A stretch of DNA of 64,000 bases from a virus (IMGVR_UViG_3300027852_000032:32001-96000); one strand, 5' to 3'; positions 26,635 through 37,002 are shown, numbered from the stretch's first letter. A program made the numbers and translations. The notes: generated from the letters alone by a model not told the origin.

Positions 26635-29600
26635 TGATAATGAAAGGTACAATCCCATACGATTCATTAGAAAAACTTCCGGACACCGACAGGCTTATAA
26701 TTGATGCGAGTTCAATCATAAGGGCATGCTGCTATGCTGGCCAGGATTTAGAATTTGGAAAGACGGTTAAACTTGAAAATGGGAAGTCTGAATTTGTGAA
26801 CTCGGGCAGATACGGCGCAGATTTATTTCTATATTCCTACGCAGGAGTGATTGAGCTTTACGGTTTCAAACCTTACCAAACAGTGCTGGTATTAGATGGC
26901 TTCGATGGCAATCGCCTGCGAAAAAACATGTACGCAGGTTACAAGGCAAAACGTGCTAAGTTATCACAGGAACGATATGATTCTTTCAACGAGGCGATCA
27001 AATTATCGTCAGAAGCTCTACTAAGCCTTGGAGGTCTGGTCGTACAGCAGGATATGACCGAAGCGGACGATATTATCGCTTACCTCTGCAAAAACCTGAA
27101 GGGTAAGAAGCTTGTGTGGTCGCGGGACGGTGATATGCTCGCTCTTCAGAAAGAAGGTGAAGTTGATGTTCTTCTGAATGAAACATTAAATCCAGAGCTG
27201 TCTCCGGCTTGCGATAACAGTCAGATCCCTATTTACAAAGCTTTAGTCGGAGATGCTTCCGATTGCCTTCCAGGAGCAAAGGGTTTTGGAAAGAAAGCTT
27301 TTGAGGGTATGGTTTTGAAATACGGAGACGAAGGGTTAGCCGAAATGAAAGAGATGTTAGAAACAGAAACCTTATACCTCCTTAACCCGGATAGTTTCAA
27401 ACCGTTCAGAAAGATCCTCGCCAACAGGGAGGAGGTATACAGCAGTTACCAGTGTGCCAAGTTTTATCCACAACATGTTAACACAGCCTATTCCCCCATG
27501 AGGATCGAAGCAGGCTTGGTTCAAAAAGTAACACCTGATACTCACCCTCGATTAATTGAATATGCAGGGGAGGTAGCACTAAGCTCAGCTGAACAGGATC
27601 TAAAAACTCTAAAAGACCACATTAAAAGATCACCTTTTATTGCTCTTGACTTAGAAACAACAACCCCTGCCGAAAGTAAAGAATGGGTAAATGCTATCAG
27701 GGAAACGAAAAAGGGTAGCGGAAAAAAGCCTAATATTGTTGATGTTTTTGGTTCTACGATTACAGGAGTAGGGATTACCTGTGGGGATAACTTGCAGATT
27801 ACGTATTATACACCTATTGACCACAAAGATTGCCATAATTTTTCTTTAGACGATCTTGCAGATGTTATTGATACGATACCGGAAGGGATTCCGGTAGCAG
27901 TTCATAATTCCAGCTTTGAGCTTCCGGTCATCTACAATAACATGGGAGGGTGGCTTTCAAACGTAGTCGATACGCGGATAATGAAATCCTACGTTGACGA
28001 GAACACGAGACTGGGCTTGAAATCTTGCGCTAAACAATACTTTGATTACGACCAAACCAGCTACGAAGATGTTACCCAAGGTCGTACCATGGACGAGCTA
28101 ACTGGTGATGAGGTCTTGAGCTACGGCGCTGACGATACGATTGTTACCGCAGCATTGTACAACAGACTCAAGTTTACTCTGGAATTGGAGAATACGCTCC
28201 CTGTTTTTGAGGCTTGTGAACTATTAACACAATACTGGGTGGCGGAGGCTTTTATTAACGGTTTTCCACCTGATCTTGTCTGTCTTAAGGAGCTGGAAAC
28301 GAAAGATCAGCAGGAACTTTTACGCTTGGAAGAAGAGCTTTTTAATTACCTACATTCAATCGATTGGCCGGGAAGTAAGTTCGTTCCTCTCTTTGATGCG
28401 GGCTTAGGAAAAGAAGCTTTCCTAAGATTAACTGGAAAGAAGTTGGATTGTAGAGCCCGTTTAGTTGAAAAGGTTGCCGAGGCTATGCGGGAGCAGGGGC
28501 AACCGGAACTTGCTGACCTGTGCGAAGCCCAGGATTTGGATTCAATTAACAAAACTCTGGCTGCTTGTTTCGAACCGAAGCCGGAGTTCGACGTTGAAAA
28601 AAATAAACATATCAAGGAGTTGGTTTACGATACATGGGATTTACCTGTTCGCTTTCGGACTATACCAACAAAGATTATGAGAAGAAAGGGGATTACTCAA
28701 GGAAATCCGCAGGTTGATAACCCTGCAATAGCTCATATGCTTGCACTCGATCTTGATTCTGCAACGATTGAACATAGGATCTTGAACGTTATAAAAGAGA
28801 TTAAAGCTATTAACACGAGACAAGGCCTTTATTACACACCATACCCTGTGCTGGCCCATTGGAAAGACGGTAGAATCCATGCAAGTCTGGGGCAAAGTCT
28901 GGCTGTAACCCGTAGATTTACGCCTTCGCAGCCGAACCTGAATCAGTTACCTAAAAAGGGAGAGGGCCTTGCTGTTAGAGGTGTTGTTCGGGCTCCTAAA
29001 GGATGGTTTGTTTGCTCTATGGATTGGTCCGGCCAGGAATTACGGTTGGCTGCAGATGCCTCACAGGACGAGAACATGCTATCCTGCTACATAGGTGAAC
29101 ATCTCAAGGATCTGCATAGTTTGGTAGGGGCTTCAATCGCCGAGAAGAAGGGATCGGAGTTCGGTGACTATGATAAATTTGTTGCTAACCTTAAGAATCC
29201 GGAAGTTCACGAGTTCCGCGATACAGCAAAGCAGGTAAATTTCTCAAGCCAATATTTATGCCGAGCGCCAAAGCTTGCAAAGTTGCTGGTAACTGATACA
29301 GAATCTGCTCAGACTTATCTGGAAGCAAAGGATGCTACTTATCCGGGGCTCGCAATATGGCAGCAACGAGTTATCGATCAGGCGAGAGAATTAAGTTACG
29401 CAGTCACAAGGTTGGGCGCAAGGAGACACCTTCAGGACAGCATAAAATCGTCGGACAAGTACAAAGCTGCTGAAGCTGAACGTCGAGCTGTTAATTCTGA
29501 AATACAGGGAAGTGCTTCTGAAATGACTAAATTGGCAATATGTGAGATGATCCGCACAGGTCATTTTCATGGAGGAGGCGCGCGAATAATCTTTCCTCTT

Positions 29601-29840
29601 CATGACGAGCTTGTGTTTTTTATCTCAGGCTCGACACTACACGAGTCACTGCCGGTATTTCATAAATGCATGAGAACTCCGTATGCGGATATGACTGTTC
29701 CACTCGAATCCGATATTATGTTGGGTCAGGATTTCGGCTCATTAACCGATGTTGGAGCAGAAGCTACGAAAAAGAACATAGATAAATCTTTGGAACAATT
29801 AAAACAATTAAAACAGCTAAAAGATAAGGAAAAGAAATAA
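26634..29840 (+). CDS. polA: Family A DNA polymerase with fused 5'-3' nuclease and 3'-5' exonuclease
   Basis: IIDAS, EADDII, SRDGDM, LVGDASD (5' nuclease); LDLET, YGADD (proofreading); PNLNQLP, DWSGQELR, AKQVNF..Y, NSEIQGSA, LHDEL. Confidence 0.95.
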   Translation: MIMKGTIPYDSLEKLPDTDRLIIDASSIIRACCYAGQDLEFGKTVKLENGKSEFVNSGRYGADLFLYSYAGVIELYGFKPYQTVLVLDGFDGNRLRKNMYAGYKAKRAKLSQERYDSFNEAIKLSSEALLSLGGLVVQQDMTEADDIIAYLCKNLKGKKLVWSRDGDMLALQKEGEVDVLLNETLNPELSPACDNSQIPIYKALVGDASDCLPGAKGFGKKAFEGMVLKYGDEGLAEMKEMLETETLYLLNPDSFKPFRKILANREEVYSSYQCAKFYPQHVNTAYSPMRIEAGLVQKVTPDTHPRLIEYAGEVALSSAEQDLKTLKDHIKRSPFIALDLETTTPAESKEWVNAIRETKKGSGKKPNIVDVFGSTITGVGITCGDNLQITYYTPIDHKDCHNFSLDDLADVIDTIPEGIPVAVHNSSFELPVIYNNMGGWLSNVVDTRIMKSYVDENTRLGLKSCAKQYFDYDQTSYEDVTQGRTMDELTGDEVLSYGADDTIVTAALYNRLKFTLELENTLPVFEACELLTQYWVAEAFINGFPPDLVCLKELETKDQQELLRLEEELFNYLHSIDWPGSKFVPLFDAGLGKEAFLRLTGKKLDCRARLVEKVAEAMREQGQPELADLCEAQDLDSINKTLAACFEPKPEFDVEKNKHIKELVYDTWDLPVRFRTIPTKIMRRKGITQGNPQVDNPAIAHMLALDLDSATIEHRILNVIKEIKAINTRQGLYYTPYPVLAHWKDGRIHASLGQSLAVTRRFTPSQPNLNQLPKKGEGLAVRGVVRAPKGWFVCSMDWSGQELRLAADASQDENMLSCYIGEHLKDLHSLVGASIAEKKGSEFGDYDKFVANLKNPEVHEFRDTAKQVNFSSQYLCRAPKLAKLLVTDTESAQTYLEAKDATYPGLAIWQQRVIDQARELSYAVTRLGARRHLQDSIKSSDKYKAAEAERRAVNSEIQGSASEMTKLAICEMIRTGHFHGGGARIIFPLHDELVFFISGSTLHESLPVFHKCMRTPYADMTVPLESDIMLGQDFGSLTDVGAEATKKNIDKSLEQLKQLKQLKDKEKK

Positions 29841-30010
29841 TGCAATTAAAAAGCAAAACCATTCTATCCAGAAAGCCGCGGTTGAAAATAAAGTCCAATC
29901 ATTTAAGAAGTGGAGTATCAAAAGCTTCCAGGCATTGGGTGAGCTCTATACAGGGCACAGCGGTGAGAGATGGAAAAGGCTGGTATATTCAACAAAAGGA
30001 TAAGAAATAA
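29840..30010 (+). CDS. Small basic hypothetical protein (56 aa, below track cutoff)
   Basis: MQLKSKTILSRKPR...QQKDKK; TAATG coupling at both ends. Confidence 0.55.
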   Translation: MQLKSKTILSRKPRLKIKSNHLRSGVSKASRHWVSSIQGTAVRDGKGWYIQQKDKK

Positions 30011-30279
30011 TGCAGATTGATACCCAACAAATGATAGCTGAAGAGTTTAACAGGATAAGAGATTTAGTTCTGCTTAAGAACAAAGATTATGGGGATTCCG
30101 TTGTCAATCCAGTTCGGATTTTCAGCACAGCTGACAGCATAGAACAAATCTATGTCCGGATTGATGACAAACTATCCAGGTTAAGCAACCGGGGCCCAAA
30201 ATTAATTGCAGAGGATACTGTTTCAGATTTAATAGGGTATCTAATTCTGTTACTGGTTGCTGAAAAAAAAAAATACTAA
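30010..30279 (+). CDS. Nucleotide-modification-associated domain protein (DUF1599/Nmad1-like, all-alpha NTP-PPase-like)
   Basis: KNKDYGDS, VRIDDKLSRL, EDTVSDLIGYLIL. Confidence 0.8.
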   Translation: MQIDTQQMIAEEFNRIRDLVLLKNKDYGDSVVNPVRIFSTADSIEQIYVRIDDKLSRLSNRGPKLIAEDTVSDLIGYLILLLVAEKKKY

Positions 30280-30306
30280 ACCTTAAAAATTAGGAAAATA
30301 ATAACA

Positions 30307-30459
30307 ATGGCACAGCAAAAGAAAGGGTTCCAGTCGTATCTATTAAGAAATGTTCCCCTGGGGATTTACAAAGATGCCAGGAAAAAAGCAAAAGAACTGG
30401 GGTATTCTTTACGGATGTACATAATTTTACTGTTGAAAAAGGATCTCGGTGAAGATTAA
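30307..30459 (+). CDS. Ribbon-helix-helix (Arc/MetJ-like) protein, 50 aa, below track cutoff
   Basis: MAQQKKGFQSYLLRNVPLGIYKDARKKAKELGYSLRMYIILLLKKDLGED. Confidence 0.65.
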   Translation: MAQQKKGFQSYLLRNVPLGIYKDARKKAKELGYSLRMYIILLLKKDLGED

Positions 30460-30940
30460 AAGTAAAAACAAAGAGTTCGAAACCCTTGCCGACCGTAAGA
30501 AACGCAAAGCCACGGGAAGCAGGGGAAAGGTTTCTGAGCAAGCAGTGCAAAAGGTATTGGTAGCCATACAGAAAAAAGATGTTACCTTTGATTTTGACCG
30601 CTTGCTCGATGCCCGCGCTGCCGGACGAATTATCCCTGCCCAGGTTGCAGACTACCTCCTTTTTTCCAAAGGTAAGTCTGCAACCCTGGAGGTGAAAGGG
30701 TTGAAGAAAGGTTTCCGGTTGACTAAGGCAGCCTTTCCGCAAAGGCCTCGTATGCTTCGAAGGGAAAAGGCAGGGTGTTCCGGTTTTGCTTTGGTTCACA
30801 CCTTAGAAAATGACGAGTGGATGCTGGCGGAGATAGCAGAGTTTGCTACCCTTCAGCCCAGTTGGAAATTAACAGTAGAGAATTGCAAGCAATTCCCTAC
30901 AGCAAAAGGAGCAATTGAATGTCTGATAGATATGCTTTAA
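30449..30940 (+). CDS. PD-(D/E)xK Holliday junction resolvase (RecU-like)
   Basis: RGKVSE, ADYLL..ATLEVK; next to Mre11/Rad50. Confidence 0.7.
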   Translation: MKIKSKNKEFETLADRKKRKATGSRGKVSEQAVQKVLVAIQKKDVTFDFDRLLDARAAGRIIPAQVADYLLFSKGKSATLEVKGLKKGFRLTKAAFPQRPRMLRREKAGCSGFALVHTLENDEWMLAEIAEFATLQPSWKLTVENCKQFPTAKGAIECLIDML

Positions 30941-31950
30941 TCTCAGATTTGCACATGGGGTTGTCGAGAACTGCGGGTGTAACTGACAGCTCGCTTCGTC
31001 AGTTCGAGAGTGATAAACTTACCCTTTTACACATTTTCCTCAAGGAAAACGAGGACAAAGAGATAATCATTGCCGGGGATCTATTCGATGCGAATCTCGT
31101 TTCGTTGTCCACACTCCTCGCAATTCTCCACGCAATGCGGGAACACCCGAAACGGATTTGGATACTTGCGGGTAATCATGATCTGTCAAGAAATACAGTA
31201 ACGATGTCCAGTTTCGATTTTCTCGACCAGATTGCAGGCCTTATGCCGGATTCTGATATAACTCTGGTTACAGAGCCTACGCGGATAAAGGAACAAAGCC
31301 TTGTAATGATCCCGCATCTCGGCAACCAAGAAATCTTCGATAAAGCACTAAGTGACTACAGCAGTAAGGACTGCACATTAATCACGCACTGCAATTACGA
31401 TAATTTCTTTGCGCTCAACAAAGATCATTCCTTAAACTTAACTCCGGAACAAGCCCAAGAGTTCAGGCAGGTTATTTCCGGGCACGAACACACGGCTCGT
31501 AAGGTAGGGAATGTCCATATGCTTGGCAGCTTCGCTCCCTACAATGTAAAGGAAGCCGCAACACCGAGGGTGACGCACATCCTCAATACCACGACTGGTG
31601 AACTTGAAGTGGTACAAAGCTTGGTTCAGAACAGCGTAATAGGAACGTATTCAGAATTACACTATAACGATTTACAAAACCCCGTAGATGCCTTGGCATC
31701 CGCAGGGTTTATAAAGGTCACAGGTAGTGTTACTGCTGCCGAAGCACCTTTAATCCTCACCCAAATTGCGGATTTTCGCAAGAATAGCGTAGCGTATATG
31801 ATCCAGAACGCTACTGTGGTGGAGGCTATCGGACTGGAGAGCCTTGAAGAAACCTCGTTTGAGAGCATTGATACATGGAAAGCGCTTGGGTCGATGTTGG
31901 GAGAAGATCACAAACTGCAATTAAGGGAGCTTGGATATGCAATTAGTTAG
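30919..31950 (+). CDS. sbcD: Mre11/SbcD-like metallophosphoesterase nuclease
   Basis: ISDLHMG, AGDLFD, AGNHD, SGHEH. Confidence 0.9.
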   Translation: MSDRYALISDLHMGLSRTAGVTDSSLRQFESDKLTLLHIFLKENEDKEIIIAGDLFDANLVSLSTLLAILHAMREHPKRIWILAGNHDLSRNTVTMSSFDFLDQIAGLMPDSDITLVTEPTRIKEQSLVMIPHLGNQEIFDKALSDYSSKDCTLITHCNYDNFFALNKDHSLNLTPEQAQEFRQVISGHEHTARKVGNVHMLGSFAPYNVKEAATPRVTHILNTTTGELEVVQSLVQNSVIGTYSELHYNDLQNPVDALASAGFIKVTGSVTAAEAPLILTQIADFRKNSVAYMIQNATVVEAIGLESLEETSFESIDTWKALGSMLGEDHKLQLRELGYAIS

Positions 31951-34060
31951 CGTACGTTTAAAGAATTTCATGATACACAGGGACAAGACTATTAACTTTA
32001 AGCCTGGTATAAATGTTATCCGGGGTGAGAACGAGAAGGGAAAGTCCAGCGTTTTGTTCGGCATCAGTTATAACTGGTTCGGAGCTGGCTTCCTACCACA
32101 GATACTCGAAGAAACCGTAACATGGGGTTTCGGCAAAACTTCGCTGTTTACCGAGACGGTATTTCTTGTAAAAGGCGAGACTTACACTTGCCAAAGATCC
32201 TTGAAAGGCGCCGAGCTATACAGGGGTCAGTTCAAGAAAGGCCATACAAATCCGCTTGTAACAGGGCAAAAGGAAGTGTCTGTGGCCATAGCAAATCTTT
32301 TCGATCTGCCAAATGTGCAGTCGGCATCCAAGCTTATTATCGCTCCACAGGATAATATCAGAGGGATTATCTCTCTGGGCTCGGTTGCTGCAGCCTCGTT
32401 CATTGAGGAGTTGATAGACATGAAGGATGTCGACAACCTGATTAAAGACCTTTCTACTCGGCTGACCCACAGTCACGACGCCAAGAATCAGGCTATTGCT
32501 CAACTCGAGGATACAGAGGCGAGAATCCTTGAGCTTCCAAAACTGGAAAGCACGGATGAAGTTGACAATAAATTAAAAGAGATCGCACCCGAACAGGATA
32601 AACTGCTTAAGCAGAATGTCGAGGCGCAAGATGCAGATATTGAGGCGGGTTACAGACTTCGTGAATGCCGGTCTGGGCAGGAGCGCAACGAAAAAGCTGT
32701 GAATACTGCGGAAAAGGATATCGAAAAGATTGATGGCCGTATTGCCAAACAAAAAGGTGTTCATCTTGTAACCCTGGACGAAATATCGAAAGCGGAGGAT
32801 ATGCTCAAAGCTTTAGATATATACACATTTTACGATCAGGAATTATTACCACTGTTAAACAAAATAAGACCCAATGCTGTATGGGAGGGCGATGCTGAAT
32901 CCTTTTCTTTGTACAGACAAGAATTAGTTTCCGAGATAGCAAAGCAGCAAAAGCAGATCACAGAAAAGAACGTCGCTGTGACAGCGAAGATACAACAGAT
33001 TATCAAGGATCGTATTTGTCCTGCATGTGAAACCGAACTTCATGATGAGGAAACCGCAGAAAGGATAAACGCTGGAATTAACCAGGAAATAAAAATTCTG
33101 CGGGATGAAGCAACCACGCTGGAAAGCGAGATGGGACTTAACCAGGAAGACCTCCATGTTGCTAACGAAGCTCAGGATTATCAACTGGAGCAAAACCAAT
33201 GGCTTGCAGAGCACAAAGTTGAACTAAACAATATTGATTTAATTGTGGAAAGAAGCACGATTCCTTTCGCGCTTTCTGTAACTAAACCCCCGGAAGAACC
33301 AAAGGGTAACGTAACAGCCGATGATATTGCCTTGCTAATTGAAAAAAACAAGGAACAGCAAAGTGCGATTGCCAGTCTGGAAACTGATAGGAAAATGTTA
33401 GATGATCTAAAGGAAAAGTTGAACAAGCTCAATGCTGATCTCATTCAACTCCAGCAGGGAGAAACTACCCTCATCCTTTCCAAGGAATCTACTGATAGTG
33501 ATTTGCGAAAGCTGAAACAAGAACTTGCCGACATGGGCAGCAAAAAAGAAACCTTGGATAAAACAAGGGAAGCTATTGTTAAGGAGAATGAACTCATTGC
33601 GAAATCACGGGAAACCTTGGATAAAAAACTCGAAGCGCAGAAAACTGTGATAAAAGATATCCAACGCAATTCGGGTCTTATATCCGCTGTCAGGGAAGCA
33701 CGGATAAATATATCAAATCTTCTTTGGCAAAAATTACTCGGCGTAACCGAAACCTATTTCAGTTTATTCAGGGGTAAGCCGTCAAAACTCAGTATCTCAA
33801 AGAAAGGGATCTTGGTCGATAACCACCTTTCCGCTCCTTCGGGCAGCACATTGGATATACTCGGCATAGCATTGAGACTCGCAATAGGTAAATTGTTTGC
33901 TGACAGCAGTTTCTGCGCACTTGATGAACCCAGTGCTGGCTGTGACGTGACCAGAACCGCTGCCCTGGCCGCAGGGTTGATTTCTGCTAACCTTGAGCAG
34001 ACGATTATGGTTACACACAAGGACATGGATGAACAAATCGGGAATCTAATTATTTTATAA
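31937..34060 (+). CDS. sbcC: Rad50/SbcC-like SMC ATPase
   Basis: LKNF, GENEKGKSS Walker A, coiled coils, CPAC zinc hook, LDEP Walker B, VTH. Confidence 0.92.
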   Translation: MQLVSVRLKNFMIHRDKTINFKPGINVIRGENEKGKSSVLFGISYNWFGAGFLPQILEETVTWGFGKTSLFTETVFLVKGETYTCQRSLKGAELYRGQFKKGHTNPLVTGQKEVSVAIANLFDLPNVQSASKLIIAPQDNIRGIISLGSVAAASFIEELIDMKDVDNLIKDLSTRLTHSHDAKNQAIAQLEDTEARILELPKLESTDEVDNKLKEIAPEQDKLLKQNVEAQDADIEAGYRLRECRSGQERNEKAVNTAEKDIEKIDGRIAKQKGVHLVTLDEISKAEDMLKALDIYTFYDQELLPLLNKIRPNAVWEGDAESFSLYRQELVSEIAKQQKQITEKNVAVTAKIQQIIKDRICPACETELHDEETAERINAGINQEIKILRDEATTLESEMGLNQEDLHVANEAQDYQLEQNQWLAEHKVELNNIDLIVERSTIPFALSVTKPPEEPKGNVTADDIALLIEKNKEQQSAIASLETDRKMLDDLKEKLNKLNADLIQLQQGETTLILSKESTDSDLRKLKQELADMGSKKETLDKTREAIVKENELIAKSRETLDKKLEAQKTVIKDIQRNSGLISAVREARINISNLLWQKLLGVTETYFSLFRGKPSKLSISKKGILVDNHLSAPSGSTLDILGIALRLAIGKLFADSSFCALDEPSAGCDVTRTAALAAGLISANLEQTIMVTHKDMDEQIGNLIIL

Positions 34061-34082
34061 GAGAAAAAAAGGAGGACATCAA

Positions 34083-34574
34083 TTGGACGAAGAATCTATT
34101 GGGAAAAGGTGTTTGGATTTACTGGGAGAAGATGAGCAAATCTACCAAATGATCGAGGAAGGTGCTGAGTTAACCGCTGCACTCTGTCATCGGAGAAGAG
34201 GCCGATACAATGCGGATCATGTTTATGAAGAAATCGCCGATTGTTTAATTGTGCTTGGTAGCATGGATCAGATCTTCGGTAAAATAAAGGCAAGTTCTAT
34301 TTCTCCTGATCCACCAAATAATATTGATATGATCTCTTTAAATCTGATCATTGTAATTGGGGAACTACAACCTGCTTTGATCCGGTACCTTTCAATGAGA
34401 GATGGGGCTGAAAAAATTAAAAGCTTATTCCATCTCTACAGGCAGTACCTGAATCGTTTTGCAATAGCTACCGATGCTGATGCCGTTGAAAGATGGAAGG
34501 TTATCAAACTTAAAAGAACTCTCAGGAGAACTGAAGCGGGAGAGGCAAGAAAAAAGGAAAAAGAACAGGAATAA
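34083..34574 (+). CDS. MazG-like NTP pyrophosphohydrolase
   Basis: MIEEGAEL..EEIADCL (EExxE..ExxD); AGGAGG RBS; TTG start. Confidence 0.7.
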   Translation: MDEESIGKRCLDLLGEDEQIYQMIEEGAELTAALCHRRRGRYNADHVYEEIADCLIVLGSMDQIFGKIKASSISPDPPNNIDMISLNLIIVIGELQPALIRYLSMRDGAEKIKSLFHLYRQYLNRFAIATDADAVERWKVIKLKRTLRRTEAGEARKKEKEQE

Positions 34575-34629
34575 TTAAAGAATAATTAAAGAATAATTAA
34601 AGAATAATTAAAGAATAATTAAAGAATAA
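34569..34629. repeat. (GAATAATTAAA)x5.5 spanning the stop codon
   Basis: Read directly; first unit contains TAA 34572-34574. Confidence 0.95.
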
Positions 34630-34667
34630 AAAAGCAGTGCCTCGGAAGATCGGGGCACTGCTTTTTT
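34628..34667. terminator. Bidirectional rho-independent terminator between the convergent arms
   Basis: AAAAAAGCAGTGCCTCG-GAAGAT-CGGGGCACTGCTTTTTT. Confidence 0.9.
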
Positions 34668-34783
34668 AGTTAGTGAATTCGGTGGGTTACAGACCGAAAG
34701 CTCTCAGAGCCCCGTAGCGGGCGTTTAAACAAAAACGAATAGCGGAGTGTGCGTTAATATGCACGAAAAAATAGCTTAAGAAT

Positions 34784-35101
34784 TTAAGTTGTACTTCTCA
34801 ATATTTCGAAATCAATATCGTCTGATTTATCCACATTGTTAGCATCAAACACACACTTTATTTCCATCACGTACAACATGGGTACAATATCCGACATCGT
34901 GGCTGTTATTACGCAACTTGCTTTTCCGGCTGCTCCCTCCGTCTTGTCAAACCCCGCATCCGCAATCTCAAAAATTTTCTCTGTTCTCTTTCGGATAGCC
35001 AAAGTGAAAGTACAAGCGCTGACGTCAATAATGTTGCCAGCAGAATCGGTGTAAGTAAATGTGAGAGTTTTTGCAGCACCCTGTTTCATTGAAACTTTCA
35101 T
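34784..35101 (-). CDS. Virion protein, BppU-N-terminal-like Ig fold
   Basis: MKQGA..LTFTYTD..G..IDVS pattern; last gene of the structural arm. Confidence 0.55.
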   Translation of the reverse strand: MKVSMKQGAAKTLTFTYTDSAGNIIDVSACTFTLAIRKRTEKIFEIADAGFDKTEGAAGKASCVITATMSDIVPMLYVMEIKCVFDANNVDKSDDIDFEILRSTT

Positions 35102-35340
35102 ATGATCGTAATCCCCTCTTTTATATCTACTGCGTTAACATCAATATCATGGGCGTCTACAGTTATGTTAATTCCCTGGGCAACCACAGATAAATCGAGT
35201 TGGGAACTGCCAACAACAACAAGATCAAGCCCTATGTTAGAAACAGAGATTTCTATGCCGTGAATCACCTGGGATATCCCCCCCTCATTCACAACCCTTA
35301 CAGGTACTATCCTCCCTTTTGTGACTAAAGCTACACTCAT
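35098..35340 (-). CDS. Hypothetical virion-associated protein
   Basis: ATGA-coupled in the structural operon. Confidence 0.6.
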   Translation of the reverse strand: MSVALVTKGRIVPVRVVNEGGISQVIHGIEISVSNIGLDLVVVGSSQLDLSVVAQGINITVDAHDIDVNAVDIKEGITII

Positions 35341-36860
35341 GATAATTCAACCTTATATGTTGCCAGCTCTGTGCCAGAATATGTCGATGTCATAGTGTAT
35401 GTGGCTATTACGCCAGTATCGGTTCCTACATTGGCTGCGGAATCATATAAACGAATTCTCGCTGAAATAAGCTGGCTGTTAGCATCGTAAATCATTTGGT
35501 CCATAGATTGATTTTCTTGGACGAGACCTAACGTCTGACCGAATGTCCCGGGCACAGTGCTATTCTCGGTAGCTTCTGACCAAACCAAATGAGCGGTTGT
35601 ATCATTTATCAAGGTCACACCGTCAGGGACACCACCAACCAGCTTCGCCTCCCCGCCTATGTGGACTGTTCCTGCTGTGTTCGATGGACCCACCGTAACA
35701 TTCCCCGCACCATGTTTAATAAAGATTGCTCCGGAATCAGTCATGTTCGCGACCTCCACCGATAGGTTGGAATCAGCCATGCCCACTTTTGCACAGCACT
35801 GCATATCGAAAATTACGTTATCGCTTGTTAACCCGTAACAGGCAAAGAATCTTGCCCATTCCGTTTGGTCACATGAGATGTTCCCCTGCAGTCCGCACTC
35901 TGAAAATACCCCGGCCAGATTTTCCATACCGTTAATAATACACCTGTCAGCGCGGATAGGCTCGGCACAATCCCCTATCAATATCATATTCGAAAAGTCC
36001 GAGTTAACAACATGTTGCCCATTCAAGTCCAAGGTTAAAAGCAAAATGTTATCAGAAACAGCAGTTCCCTCGGAAAAAGATTCCTCGACTATAAAAGTCC
36101 CTCTGCCGTTGAATTTCGTGATCCCTTCTCTCCTCGCGATAGCGAGGGCATCTGTCAGGTTATTCACTGGTGTTCCAGCTGTTCCAATCGGATAATCAGT
36201 TCCAGCCACACCCGTATGGTCACTCACAAAGATGACATCCCAGAGGATAGACGAAATATCGGATATAGTAGCACTGGAAGAACTTGACCTTACGATCTGC
36301 ACATTGGGGGATTGCATGACTGGAGATAGCTCAGAACCAGTGTCATCTACGGCAACCAAGTTTCCCCCTAAAATATTACACTGCACATTGGGGTAGGTCA
36401 TGTAACGATCGCCGTCTGCCCAGTCGTCACGAGTACCGCCGGACAAGGGAAACATCTTCAACTCAGTTTCGGACACCACTTCTGATACACCTGCCATGGA
36501 AACAGAATCCAGATTAAAAACAGTACACCCCTTGTAAATTCCGTCGGTAATAAAGCTTCCGGCAGAGGCAACAAGGGTATCACCTTTTACGTTATCAGCA
36601 GTACAGAGGCCGACGTCCCCTATTGGTACAGTCCTGCCAGAGAACATCAACCTGGCGTTCTGCAGGGTAGCTGTAATTCCTACAGTTACACCGCCACCCA
36701 AATTCTCCTTCCCTGCTGCTGAGATCAGTCTTTCATATGATAAATTATCATCTTCCCAATCGCGGAGGGTATCAACAATTTCTTGTACAGTTGTATTCGT
36801 TGTTGGAGGTAATACCTCAACTACTCTTGGCGATAGGTGCGTGTGGACTTCTATTTTCAT
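35337..36860 (-). CDS. Putative tail fibre/accessory virion protein (beta-rich)
   Basis: Thr/Gly/Asp-rich; GTAGTPVNNLTDAL beta-helix-cap-like motif. Confidence 0.6.
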   Translation of the reverse strand: MKIEVHTHLSPRVVEVLPPTTNTTVQEIVDTLRDWEDDNLSYERLISAAGKENLGGGVTVGITATLQNARLMFSGRTVPIGDVGLCTADNVKGDTLVASAGSFITDGIYKGCTVFNLDSVSMAGVSEVVSETELKMFPLSGGTRDDWADGDRYMTYPNVQCNILGGNLVAVDDTGSELSPVMQSPNVQIVRSSSSSATISDISSILWDVIFVSDHTGVAGTDYPIGTAGTPVNNLTDALAIARREGITKFNGRGTFIVEESFSEGTAVSDNILLLTLDLNGQHVVNSDFSNMILIGDCAEPIRADRCIINGMENLAGVFSECGLQGNISCDQTEWARFFACYGLTSDNVIFDMQCCAKVGMADSNLSVEVANMTDSGAIFIKHGAGNVTVGPSNTAGTVHIGGEAKLVGGVPDGVTLINDTTAHLVWSEATENSTVPGTFGQTLGLVQENQSMDQMIYDANSQLISARIRLYDSAANVGTDTGVIATYTMTSTYSGTELATYKVELS

Positions 36861-37002
36861 TTCTGAGTTTATCCTCCAGATCTCTTACAATTTTTTGATA
36901 TTCTCTTTTAGTTTCAAGTTCACCATCAATAGCTTTTTCAAACACTTTGATATTGTCATCACACTTTTTAACCACATTACGCATCGCTTCAAGATCATAC
37001 AT
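36817..37002 (-). CDS. Small coiled-coil protein
   Basis: 61-aa helical ORF, AAGGA RBS. Confidence 0.55.
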   Translation of the reverse strand: MYDLEAMRNVVKKCDDNIKVFEKAIDGELETKREYQKIVRDLEDKLRNENRSPHAPIAKSS

